Origin: Armatimonadota bacterium
GTDB taxonomy: Bacteria; Armatimonadota; JAAZEB01
Reading direction: 5' to 3'
Length of the DNA: 64,000 nucleotides
Assembly: GCA_012512265.1 (NCBI GenBank)
Contig: JAAZEM010000131.1
Span: 1,837 to 65,836, forward strand
The translations under genes and the position numbers were made by a program. The stretch's first letter is position 1; the number at the start of each line of letters is the position of its first letter. Positions 48,645 to 57,639 of this stretch are shown here, in pieces. The notes beneath the pieces were generated by a model. That model saw only the letters and a list, made by a program, of their open reading frames with translations, was not told the origin of the DNA and did not search any database.

Positions 48645-50761
48645 TGGCAAACGCCATTTCCGTGGGGATCGATCTGGGTACCAGCACGTGCGAGGTCGCC
48701 TATTGGGACTCCGTAGCCCGGCGGATACGCAACGTCTCCTTCGGCGGTGAAGGCGGGCCCATTGTGCCCTCCGCGGTGTGGTTTGATCGCGCGCGAGGGC
48801 GCACGGTGGTTGGTGACCAGGCCTACGCGATGCGCGTGCCCAAACACCGGGAGGTCGTGCTCAACATCAAGCGCCAGATGGGCACCGACTACCGGTTCGC
48901 GCTGGGTGGGCGGGAGTACACGCCTGCCGAGATCTCGGGCGAGATCCTCAGGTACCTGAAGGCGGAGGCGGAGCGCTTTACCGATGGCGAGGTGAAGCAG
49001 GCGGTGATCACCGTGCCGGCCAAGTTTGACACGCTGGCCCGCGAGCACACCGAGGAAGCGGCGCGGATCGCCGGCCTGGAGACGCTGATGCTCCTGCCGG
49101 AGCCCGTGGCCGCGCTTATCGGCTATGAGAGCGTGGCCCAGGATCCCGAGCGCGAGTATGTCGCCATGGTCTACGACTTCGGCGGCGGCACCTTCGACTG
49201 CAGTGTTGTCCATGCCAGGGGCAGGCAGTATCGCGTTCTCTCTAAGGCGGGGGTACACCGCCTGGGCGGCGCCCAGATTGACGAGCGGATCGCCGATCAG
49301 TTGATCCGCCCCAAGGTGTTGCATGCGGGCTTCGACCTGGCCAGCGAGGAGGAGTGGGCGCTCAAGATCCGCGCGAAGATCCTCGAGGTTGCGGAGGCCG
49401 CCAAGAAAAGCCTCTCCGATGAAAGCCGGCGCTCCGTGGTCGCCGTGCTCCCCCATCTCGTGGCGCCGGGGCGGCCTCCTCAGACCGTGCGCGTGGAGAT
49501 CACCCAGGAGGATCTGCAGAAGACCATCGCTGACCTGTTGCGTGTGGCCAACGAGCAGATGGCGCTCGCCCTGGAGAACGCGGGAATCTCTCGCGCCGAG
49601 CTCGATATGGTCGTCCTTGTCGGTGGCTCGACGCGCCTGCCCGCGATTCGAGAGGCTGTTCGCCAGTTCATGGGCGAGAAGGCGTTCGACGGCAGGGATG
49701 GCGGGGTTCGCAAGGTGCTCGCCGATGCCAATCCGGATCTCGTCGTCTCGCGCGGCGCCGCGCGCGTGGCCACCTCCTATGACCTGCGCGACGAGCGAAT
49801 TGAGCTGGTCGATATCCTCCTCGACACTGTCTACCTGCGCGTGCCGGGTTCCCTCACTCAATTCAGGCCGCTCTTCGCTCGGGGCACCGAGATCGAGCAG
49901 GCGAAGCGCACGCTTCGGCTGCAGTGGCCCCGAGGCGACACCGTCGCCGTCGATCTCTATGAGGGCGAGAAGGACGGCGCCCCGGGAGCGAAGTACGTGG
50001 GCACCCTCAAGTTGGGTCCGGCCTCTGTGCCCAAAGGGACTCCCGTTGAGCTCACCATCCAGTACCGCACCGACCGCGCGCTCCCAGAGGTGACGGCGCG
50101 GGTGAGGAAGACGGGCACCCCCATCCGGGCCACGGTGGAGTACGAGCAGCATAGCGTCCAGGCATCGGGATCGGCACGGCTGCAGGTGACCCCGGAGCTG
50201 GACCTCGTCTTCTGCATCGACACCACGGGGAGCATGGTGCATGGCGACCACCTCGAGAAGCTGCGCCACTGCTGCACCCGCTTCGTCAACGCCCTTGCCG
50301 AGAGTGATCTGGATCTCCGCCTGGCGGCGATCAGCTTTGGCGACCGCGCCGGCGGCGAGCGCGAGACGGTCTACTCCTTCACCCCGGACCCGCGCCTCTT
50401 CATCACGCGCGTTGGAAGCCTGAACGAGAACGACGGGGGAGACGAGCGGGAATCGGCGCTCGATGCACTGGCCGTGGCGCTCCGGCTTCCCTTCCGCGAG
50501 GGAGACACCCGGCATCACATCGTGCTCGTTACCGACGCGCCCCCGCACCGGCCGGAGAAGGGCTCGCTAGAGCAACTGGTCTCGCAACTGGCTGCCCACA
50601 ACATTCGAGTCGATGTGGTCGGGCCGTTCTGCCAGGAGTATGACACCGTGGTCGCTGGCACGGGAGGGCGGCTCTACAACATCGACGACGAGCTGGATCA
50701 GCTGTTTGCCGATCTCGAGGAGAGTATCGGGCACGCGAGCAGCGGCACGGAAGGGGCATGA
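48644..50761 (+). CDS. Hsp70-family ATPase (NBD plus beta-sandwich substrate-binding-like domain) fused to a C-terminal von Willebrand factor A domain
   Basis: Canonical motifs GIDLGTSTCEVA, ITVPAKFD, LLPEPVAALIGY, VYDFGGGTFDCSVV, and VVLVGGSTRLPAIREAV. An SBD-beta-like segment reads VDLYEGEK...GTPVELTIQYRTD. The vWA domain carries the MIDAS motif LVFCIDTTGSM (DTTGS at 50219-50233). Confidence 0.85.
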   Translation: MANAISVGIDLGTSTCEVAYWDSVARRIRNVSFGGEGGPIVPSAVWFDRARGRTVVGDQAYAMRVPKHREVVLNIKRQMGTDYRFALGGREYTPAEISGEILRYLKAEAERFTDGEVKQAVITVPAKFDTLAREHTEEAARIAGLETLMLLPEPVAALIGYESVAQDPEREYVAMVYDFGGGTFDCSVVHARGRQYRVLSKAGVHRLGGAQIDERIADQLIRPKVLHAGFDLASEEEWALKIRAKILEVAEAAKKSLSDESRRSVVAVLPHLVAPGRPPQTVRVEITQEDLQKTIADLLRVANEQMALALENAGISRAELDMVVLVGGSTRLPAIREAVRQFMGEKAFDGRDGGVRKVLADANPDLVVSRGAARVATSYDLRDERIELVDILLDTVYLRVPGSLTQFRPLFARGTEIEQAKRTLRLQWPRGDTVAVDLYEGEKDGAPGAKYVGTLKLGPASVPKGTPVELTIQYRTDRALPEVTARVRKTGTPIRATVEYEQHSVQASGSARLQVTPELDLVFCIDTTGSMVHGDHLEKLRHCCTRFVNALAESDLDLRLAAISFGDRAGGERETVYSFTPDPRLFITRVGSLNENDGGDERESALDALAVALRLPFREGDTRHHIVLVTDAPPHRPEKGSLEQLVSQLAAHNIRVDVVGPFCQEYDTVVAGTGGRLYNIDDELDQLFADLEESIGHASSGTEGA

Positions 50762-50766
50762 CACCA

Positions 50767-52298
50767 TGGCACGGATTGCTGAGAGGCCGCCAATCGTTAT
50801 CGGCGTGGACCTGGGGAATGCCTCCTGCCGGATGGCGCCCTGGCGCAACGTGAACAGCCACTCGCCAACGCCCGATACGATGGGCTTTCGCTCCTGCCCG
50901 GCGGTGGTGGCGCGCGACCATGAGGAGGGCGGGTGGCTTGCCGGCGCCAGCGCCCTGGAGATCGCCTATCGGGATGGGGTGGAGCTGTTTGACCACCTGA
51001 AGGACGGCATCCTCCAGGAGCGCGGGGCGAACGCGCGGAAGACGGCTGTCCAGCGCCTGCTCTCCAAGCTCAAGTTTGATCTCCAGGCGGAGTGCGCCGC
51101 GCGCGTCATTGACGCCGTGCTTTCCGTTCCCTACTCGTACACGCTGAAGCAGCGCCGGGCGCTCCGCAACGCCTGCTCGCTGGCGGGTCTCCCCGTGGCC
51201 GGGCTGATCAACGAGCCGGAGGCGGCTGTTCTGGGGTATCGGATTGACGAGCAGATTGAGGAAGGCAGCGAGCGGATTCTCGTCTTCGATGCCGGGGCCA
51301 CGCGGTGCACCGCGAGCGTGGTCCGGCTGAGCAAGCAGGGGGCCTACATCGATATCGAGCTCCTGAGCGAGGCGCACGCAGTTACAGAGGAGGGAGAGCC
51401 GGTCGGCGGCGACAGGATCGACGCCCGGCTGCTCGAGATGTTCGAGAGGGGCCGGCTGCAGATCCCGCCACTGCCTTCGCCAGAGGCCCAGGCGGCCGGG
51501 GATCAGATGGACCCGGTGGAGTACGAGCGCTGGCTGCGGCAACAGCTCCGGCGTGTCCTGCGCGAGGCCCGGCACCAGTTGAGCGGCGAGACCTCCTTCG
51601 AGTTTTCGGTGCCCTGGGCCGAGGAGAGCCTCGGCCGGCTGACACGCGACCATCTGGAGCGATGGGCCAGCTTCGATACCGAGATCACCGCGGCGATCCA
51701 GATGGCGGTGCAGGGCGCGCGCGACCGCGATGCCCCGAACGGCCTCCGGAATGACCAGATAGACCGCGTCCTGATCACCGGTGGGCTCAACCGCTCGCCT
51801 TTGATCCGCCGGCTCGTGGATCACTTCCCCCATGTGGAGCCGTGCGAGGATGGGTTCGAGGAGTACGCGGTCGCCTATGGCGCGGCGCGGTGCGCGGCGA
51901 TCCTCACGGGCCGGTGCGAGGGAGTGGTCTTCCGCCCGCGCGAGACGCCCGCGTTTGGGATCCGCACCGGGATCGACACCTTCGACAAGGTGATCCCGGA
52001 AAACGCGCCGCCAGGGTTCAAGGCGAAGAAGGTCTACACCCTGCCCAACCGCTACGCCGACCGCATGGTGCTGGAGGTGTGCCAGGGCTTCTCCCGACGG
52101 TTCCAAGACGAGCTGTCGCTGGGCGCGAAGGAGCTCCCCCTCCAGTTCCCCGAGGGCGCCGGCAAGGGCACCTACCTCGAGCGTGAGATCCACGTCGAGA
52201 TGGATCTCGCCGATACCAGGCTCCTGGTCACGGTGACCGACCGCACCAAGGGGATTTCCCAGCCGGTGCCCGATAGGCTGGAGCTCGAGGTGAGGTGA
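50767..52298 (+). CDS. divergent Hsp70-like protein (NBD plus SBD-beta-like) with partly degenerate nucleotide-binding motifs
   Basis: VIGVDLGNASCRMA (phosphate 1, T to N), LSVPYSYT, LINEPEAAVLGY, VFDAGATRCTASVV (degenerate phosphate 2), VLITGGLNRSPLI. It starts 5 nt after the previous stop and follows GGAAGGGG. Confidence 0.8.
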
Positions 52299-52310
52299 AG
52301 GAGGAAGCCC

Positions 52311-52889
52311 ATGGAAGGCCGTCCGAGAACGGTGGAAGAGGTCGACGAGAGGCAGAGGACGCTGCGGGAGGAGTTTCGCCGGCTCAACGATGCGCTTGAA
52401 AGCAAGTTTGGAGAAGCGATCACGAAGCGTCAGATCCTGGATGCCGCGCAGGCGTGCGAGGTGCTCCGACAGTTAGCTCGGGAACTGAAGGTGCTGAGCG
52501 ATGAGAGTGACAGGATGCGGGAACCCGAGGCGAGGCAGAGGGCGCTCGAGAGGTTCGTCAGCGGCCGCATGGATGACAAGGTGGGTGCCATCCAGAGCGA
52601 GGAGATTGGCAAGCTCAAGGATGATCTCAACGCGATACAAGCGGAACTGGCCAATCTGAGGGAGCAGCTAGAGACTGGGGTCAACCATGCGCTTCAGAAG
52701 ATAGCGGATGCGCAAGGGAAGGTAGATGTGACCGATGGTCTCCTGAAGGAGGCCATCAGGCAGCGGGACGATCTTTCCCAGAAAATCGAGCGCCTCGAGA
52801 GGATTGCCAGGGATCTGGATGCTTGCGAAAGGATGGCGGAGGTCGCTGGGGCTGAGCCAGCCGGCGGCCAGTGGGGGGATCACGGGTAA
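52311..52889 (+). CDS. coiled-coil protein (hypothetical)
   Basis: AAGGAGGAAG RBS. The 192-aa sequence is rich in E/R/L/K/Q with a heptad-like character. I see no globular motif. Confidence 0.6.
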   Translation: MEGRPRTVEEVDERQRTLREEFRRLNDALESKFGEAITKRQILDAAQACEVLRQLARELKVLSDESDRMREPEARQRALERFVSGRMDDKVGAIQSEEIGKLKDDLNAIQAELANLREQLETGVNHALQKIADAQGKVDVTDGLLKEAIRQRDDLSQKIERLERIARDLDACERMAEVAGAEPAGGQWGDHG

Positions 52890-52953
52890 CCGCCCCGGAT
52901 GTGTGGCGCGGTTTGCTATCCCGGAACGCCAGGGAGAGAGGCTGGGCTCGAAG

Positions 52954-54495
52954 ATGAAGAACGACTGGGGCCGGGCGGACTGGAGTCGGGTATTCTATGT
53001 ATCGCTGGTGTTCGCGATCGTGCTTGTCCCTGCCGCGTTGATCCATGTTCTCTACCGCCACTGGGGAGTCCCTGCCGCGTTGATCCCGACGGTCTGGGAA
53101 GCCCCGTGGTTCGAGCACTTGGTGGTAGTCTTTGCGTTTATGTCAGTGGTCGTTGCCTGGATCAGCTCTCGGAAGGCCAGGGAGTCGCCGTTGAAACCTG
53201 AGCCCGCTCTGGAGTCGAGCCCGCGGGTAGAGCCCTGGCGGGCGGAGAGCCTGCAGGAAGAGTGGAATGGCTGGGAGCGAAAGCTCGACACCTACCGCTG
53301 GATCCTGGACGGGGATCTGCCCGCGCTGGATCCGGGAGAATTGAGCCAGGCGCAGGCTGCATTCAACAGCTTGCGGGAGGGGATCGAGCGCTTGCAGGAC
53401 CCGGGCGATTCCGAGCGGCCTCGTGCCAACGTCCCGGACCGCACCTGGGTCCGGAATAGCCTCGAGACGGGCATCAGTGCGATACTCGACCGGGAAGAGG
53501 AGAGGCAGCGCCTTCGCGCTCTCGTTGAGAAGACGGTGACGGAGTTCCGGGAGCAGGTGGAAACCCTGCGGGAAGAGGTGCGCGTGCTTCAGCGAGAGGC
53601 GGGCGTGCCGGCGGAAGAGGCAGAAGGCCCGGGCGAGTCTGACAGCGGGGCGGGCCACCTTGCCAGCTTGCAGGAGAAGATAGGAGAGCTCCAGCGGCGT
53701 GTTGAGGCGCTGGCGGGTGAGTCCGCCGATGAGACTTCGGGCGCAGGAGCAGACGTGCTCCAGACCATCGACGGCCGGCTGTCGCGGATTACCGATGCCC
53801 TGGAAGCGAGGGCGTACGAGATTTCAATCCGCGATTTTCACCGCCGGCACGAGGAGTTCACTAACCTTCGCCGCCGGCTTGCCGGGGAGGTGCTGCCGCT
53901 CCTGGAAACCGCTCCTGGGGACGAGGCGGCGCGGCATTGCCACCGCGCGCTCTCGGAGCTGCTGGAGCGCCTGGATGGCCGTCTGGCGGCTGCGAAAGAG
54001 GCGGTCCGCCACCGGGGCGAAACCCCGGGTGGAGGCGGAGAGCTGGAGCGGCGCATCGAGCGGCTGGAGACGCGCGCGCACCGGCTGAAGGATGGTGGTG
54101 ACGCCTGTCTGATGGAGCTGGCCGAGCCGCTGGTGCAGGAGCACCTGCGTCCCTTAGTCGAGATGATCATCCGCGATTTTCTCCGGCCGCTGCTGGAGGA
54201 GGCGACACCGGTGGAAGGAGAGACCGCCAGGAGTGCCCGCGCCACGTTGCTGGGCGAAGTGGTAACGCTCGCGCGTAGAGTCCTGTTGGAGAGCATCCAG
54301 TTGGAGGTGATCGACCCAAAGGCAGGCAGCAAGCTGGAGGAGGAGGCGCACGACGAGATAGAGGTACTCGCCCCGGAGGGAGACGCGAGCCCGAACACGG
54401 TGGCGGAGGTGGTCGCGCCGGGCTACCGCTGGGCGGGAGAGGTGATCCAAAGGGCGCGCGTGTGCTCCTATCGGGAGAGAATGGACAGGGCCTGA
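52954..54495 (+). CDS. membrane-anchored long coiled-coil protein with a GrpE-like C-terminal beta-domain
   Basis: Two N-terminal TM helices (VFYVSLVFAIVLVPAALIHVLY and LVVVFAFMSVVVAWISS), then about 350 aa of coiled coil. The C-terminus LEVIDPKAGSKLEEEAHDEIEV...NTVAEVVAPGYRWAGEVIQRARVCSY parallels the GrpE C-terminus (cf. E. coli VEVI...PLDPNVHQAIAMV...[23 protein letters not shown]). The start is uncertain (an ATG at 52804 is also in frame). Confidence 0.65.
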   Translation: MKNDWGRADWSRVFYVSLVFAIVLVPAALIHVLYRHWGVPAALIPTVWEAPWFEHLVVVFAFMSVVVAWISSRKARESPLKPEPALESSPRVEPWRAESLQEEWNGWERKLDTYRWILDGDLPALDPGELSQAQAAFNSLREGIERLQDPGDSERPRANVPDRTWVRNSLETGISAILDREEERQRLRALVEKTVTEFREQVETLREEVRVLQREAGVPAEEAEGPGESDSGAGHLASLQEKIGELQRRVEALAGESADETSGAGADVLQTIDGRLSRITDALEARAYEISIRDFHRRHEEFTNLRRRLAGEVLPLLETAPGDEAARHCHRALSELLERLDGRLAAAKEAVRHRGETPGGGGELERRIERLETRAHRLKDGGDACLMELAEPLVQEHLRPLVEMIIRDFLRPLLEEATPVEGETARSARATLLGEVVTLARRVLLESIQLEVIDPKAGSKLEEEAHDEIEVLAPEGDASPNTVAEVVAPGYRWAGEVIQRARVCSYRERMDRA

Positions 54496-55623
54496 ATGGC
54501 GGGCAACCGGAGCGCGCTTCTCTCGGAATCAGAGCTCCGCGAGCTGCGCGCGCTGCTCTATGCGACCCGGTCGAAGAGCATCGACACCTTGCAGCGGCAG
54601 GTGAGCCAGATCGGGATCCGCCTGGCGGATCTCCTCGTCAAGGTGGCTGCCGGGCTCGAGGCCGGCCTTCAGGAGACGCGCGGGCACCTGAAGGTGGCGG
54701 TCGAGACGATGATGGAGCAGGCGGAGGAGCTGGAGCAGATCAAGGCGTGGATCGAGGCGGCCTGCCTGACACCGGCCTCCCTCGCCAGCTCCCCCCGAGG
54801 TGGAAAAGACGCTGCCGAGGTCGCCCGCGTGGCGGAGAAGCTCTCCGAGACGGAGACGCGCCTGGCCGCCCTCGAAAGCGAGGTGGCGGATGTGAGCCAC
54901 CAGCTGCGGACCGCGGGCGAGCGTGTCGAGACGCCCGACCGGCCTGCGGGGGACGAGGCGCTGTTGGAGCGCCTGGAGGAGCACATCTCTCTTCTCGCCC
55001 TGGCGGGGGCTCGCCGGGTGGCGCGCGACCGCCAGGCGCGCATCCGGGCGCTCGAGCGTGTGGCCGAAGCGGTCGAGCAGCGGTTCATCCCGCGCGCCGT
55101 GGCCTTCCGCCGGCAGCTGAGCGGCGATGTGACGAGCTATGACGGCTGCCGGGCTCTGGAAGAGCGGGCGCGCGAGGCACGCCGCCTGGGAGAGGTGGCG
55201 GCGACGGAAGCCATGCGGTTGAGCGCCGCGCCCGACTCGGGGTCGGAGCGATGGGAGAGCGTTCGCGAGCTCCTGGCGCTGGGCGGAGTGCCCGATGGCG
55301 AGGACGACCTCGATTTTGAGATCCGGCGCGTGCTTAGCGAGTGGTTCCTCCCGCTCATCGATCTCACCGTCTCCTATCGGGAGACGGGGGCTCCAGAGGG
55401 AGAGGCTGCCTTCCAGGCGCTCCTTGGCGATCTGATGGAGGCGGGCTGGCGGGCGGACCTCGAAGCCATCGTGCCTGCACAGGGGGCGGCGTTCGATCCA
55501 GCGCTCCATGAGGCGGTGGGTTCAACCCCCGCTCGAGACGCGCGCGTGGCGCAGGTTGAGGCGCCTGGTTACTGCTGCGGCGGCGGAATCATGCGCCTGG
55601 CCAGAGTGCGTGTGCGCGAGTGA
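54496..55623 (+). CDS. coiled-coil protein with a GrpE-like C-terminal beta-domain (putative nucleotide-exchange factor)
   Basis: The ATG abuts the preceding TGA. A long helical region ends in LEAIVPAQGAAFDPALHEAVGSTPARDARVAQVEAPGYCCGGGIMRLARVRV, matching the GrpE pattern 'G..FDP..HeAv......V..v...GY...g.i.R.A.V.V'. Confidence 0.7.
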   Translation: MAGNRSALLSESELRELRALLYATRSKSIDTLQRQVSQIGIRLADLLVKVAAGLEAGLQETRGHLKVAVETMMEQAEELEQIKAWIEAACLTPASLASSPRGGKDAAEVARVAEKLSETETRLAALESEVADVSHQLRTAGERVETPDRPAGDEALLERLEEHISLLALAGARRVARDRQARIRALERVAEAVEQRFIPRAVAFRRQLSGDVTSYDGCRALEERAREARRLGEVAATEAMRLSAAPDSGSERWESVRELLALGGVPDGEDDLDFEIRRVLSEWFLPLIDLTVSYRETGAPEGEAAFQALLGDLMEAGWRADLEAIVPAQGAAFDPALHEAVGSTPARDARVAQVEAPGYCCGGGIMRLARVRVRE

Positions 55624-55644
55624 CAGGATGTGATGGGAGAAGTG

Positions 55645-57639
55645 ATGGCGGATAGTCGTTCGGCGAGCGTGGTGGAGGAGTTCCTGCCAGCGCCCTATCC
55701 GGCGCCTCTCTTCGTGGCGTGGGAGCAGCACCTCGATTTCGGGGAAGTTCGCCGGCCAGCGAGGAAGCGGTTGACATTCAAGGTCTCCAACATCGGCGGG
55801 GATGGTAACCTGGATGTGACGCTCCGACCGAACATCCCGGACCAGCAGTGGTTCCAGGTTCGCCCGACTCATCTCGTGATTCCGGCGGGCGAGGATCGCA
55901 TCGTTGACGTGGAGATCGATACGAGCCTGGAATCGTGCCCCCTCGGCCGGCACGACCTCGACATCCAGGTAGAGGCGCCCGGATCGATGGAGCCGGAGAT
56001 CCCGCGCATTCGGGTGTCGGTGGAGGTGCTCCGGGAGATTGTGCTGGTGTGCGACCCGGGCGAGATCGACCTGGGCGAAGTGCCCCTGGGCGAGAGCCGC
56101 ACCGTGACGGTGAGCATCCAGCGCAGTGATGAACGCGAGGTTTGCCTGAACGAGCGCCTGATCCAGCTGGTGGATGAAACCGGCAAGCCCCGGCCGGCGT
56201 GGGCCGACATTGAATTGGGAGCGCCGGGCCGGAAGCAGGAAGTCACGCTCACCTTCCACACGGCCAACCGGGCGATGCGCGAGTACCGCTGTGAACTGCG
56301 CCTGTGTGATACCGTCCCTGAGGTGAACCAGGTGGCGGTGCCCATCCACGTTTCCGTCAGCCCGCCGCCGCAGCTGGAGGTAGAGTGGGCGATCCCGCCG
56401 ATGCCGAACTTCACCGGCGACACCCAGGACGCGCAGCTCGCGGTGGGCAACTCCGGGGGCGGCGTCCTCCGCGGCCGAATCGCTGGCGACCAGTACTGGT
56501 TGCGTGTCCTGAATGGCGAGTTCAGCGTGGCGGCCGGCCAGATGCACACGGCGACGGTCCGAATCGGTGACGCCCGGTTGCGGGTTGGCACGTATCACGG
56601 TCATCTTGAAATCTTCTCGAATGACGGCGGGCGTAGCCGCGTGCTGCGCGTGCCAATCGAGCTGGAGGTGGTGGACCGGAGCCGCTGCCCCGTGGAGATC
56701 TACTTCGAGCCGGATCTGGGCGCGCTTCACCGCCGCCAGACGGCGGAGCGCGCGCTCACGATCACTAACCTGATGGCCCAGCCGTTTGAGGGGAGACTGA
56801 TCTCCGGGAGCCCCGACTGGATCCGGGTGAAGGGGGGCATGGAGGAGGTGCGCCTTGGCCCGGGCGAGTCCAGGCAACTCCTCCTGGAGGTCGACCCGCG
56901 GCGCCTCCCCGCGAAGGACGGCCCCACCAGGCACAAGGCGGCGTTGCAGCTGGTCGATTCCACGGGCAAGGAACGCTGGAAAAAGACCGCGACTTTGGAG
57001 CTCGTGCCCGCACCGTCCTCGCCGCTCGTGCGGTTGCTTCTGGCCTTCTGGGCGTTGGTGCTCCTCGCGGGCCTGGCATGGGGCGGAAAGCAGGTGTATG
57101 ACGGCCCGGTGCAAAGGATCCTCTCCGCGCGCACCCGGGCCGCGACGGTGGCCACGCCGGCGCCCGCACCGGCGGCACCGCCGGCTCAGCAGCAGGCGGC
57201 CACGGCCAGACCGGCCCCGGCTCAGCCGGCTCCTGAGTCGCAGAGCGCGCCTGAGGCCACGGAGAAACCACGCAGGGTAGCGCCGGATTCGGCCCGGGCG
57301 CGCTCTCTCTACGCGGAGGGGACCGCGCACTTCCAGCGGGGAGAGTGGCGCCTGGCTGCCGACCTCTTTGACCAGGCTGCGGCGGTGGATCCCGCGCCCG
57401 CTGGGTCGCTTTTGATGGTGGGCCGCAGCCGCTACCACCTCGGCGAGTGGGATGCCGCGGCGAAGGCGCTGGAGGAGGCGACGCGGCTCAAGCCCGATTC
57501 GGCGGCGGCCCACTTGTGGCTGGGCCGGGTCTATCTGGAGCAGGGCAACCGGGAAGCGGCCTCGCGTGAGTTTGAGGCCGCGCTGAAGGCAGATCCGATG
57601 AATAGGCAGGCACGCGATGAGCTTCAGAAGCTTCGGTAA
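55645..57639 (+). CDS. membrane protein with 4-5 N-terminal Ig-like (ASH/PapD-like) repeats, one TM helix, a Pro/Ala-rich linker and C-terminal TPR repeats
   Basis: Repeats take the form LDFGEV...LTFKVSNIGGDG.L, IDLGEVPLGESRTVTVSI, LAVGNSGGGVLRG and so on. The TM helix is LVRLLLAFWALVLLAGLAW, and the TPR region reads ARSLYAEGTAHFQRGEWRLAADLFDQAAAVDP...LGRVYLEQGNREAASREFEAALKADP. ATG 55645 follows GGGAG, with in-frame alternatives at 55630 and 55633. Confidence 0.7.
   Translation: MADSRSASVVEEFLPAPYPAPLFVAWEQHLDFGEVRRPARKRLTFKVSNIGGDGNLDVTLRPNIPDQQWFQVRPTHLVIPAGEDRIVDVEIDTSLESCPLGRHDLDIQVEAPGSMEPEIPRIRVSVEVLREIVLVCDPGEIDLGEVPLGESRTVTVSIQRSDEREVCLNERLIQLVDETGKPRPAWADIELGAPGRKQEVTLTFHTANRAMREYRCELRLCDTVPEVNQVAVPIHVSVSPPPQLEVEWAIPPMPNFTGDTQDAQLAVGNSGGGVLRGRIAGDQYWLRVLNGEFSVAAGQMHTATVRIGDARLRVGTYHGHLEIFSNDGGRSRVLRVPIELEVVDRSRCPVEIYFEPDLGALHRRQTAERALTITNLMAQPFEGRLISGSPDWIRVKGGMEEVRLGPGESRQLLLEVDPRRLPAKDGPTRHKAALQLVDSTGKERWKKTATLELVPAPSSPLVRLLLAFWALVLLAGLAWGGKQVYDGPVQRILSARTRAATVATPAPAPAAPPAQQQAATARPAPAQPAPESQSAPEATEKPRRVAPDSARARSLYAEGTAHFQRGEWRLAADLFDQAAAVDPAPAGSLLMVGRSRYHLGEWDAAAKALEEATRLKPDSAAAHLWLGRVYLEQGNREAASREFEAALKADPMNRQARDELQKLR

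Noticed and set aside
48515-52193. Two long - strand ORFs (48515-50548, 677 aa; 50529-52193, 554 aa)
   Set aside because: They are antisense shadows of the Hsp70-like genes. I see no recognisable motifs, and the composition is Arg/Gly/Ala/Leu/His-rich.
52804-52953. Upstream ATG (52804) for the membrane GrpE-like protein
   Set aside because: It would overlap the preceding coiled-coil gene by 86 nt and add a non-hydrophobic, Gly/Arg-rich leader. ATG 52954 sits just before the first TM helix. The choice remains uncertain.
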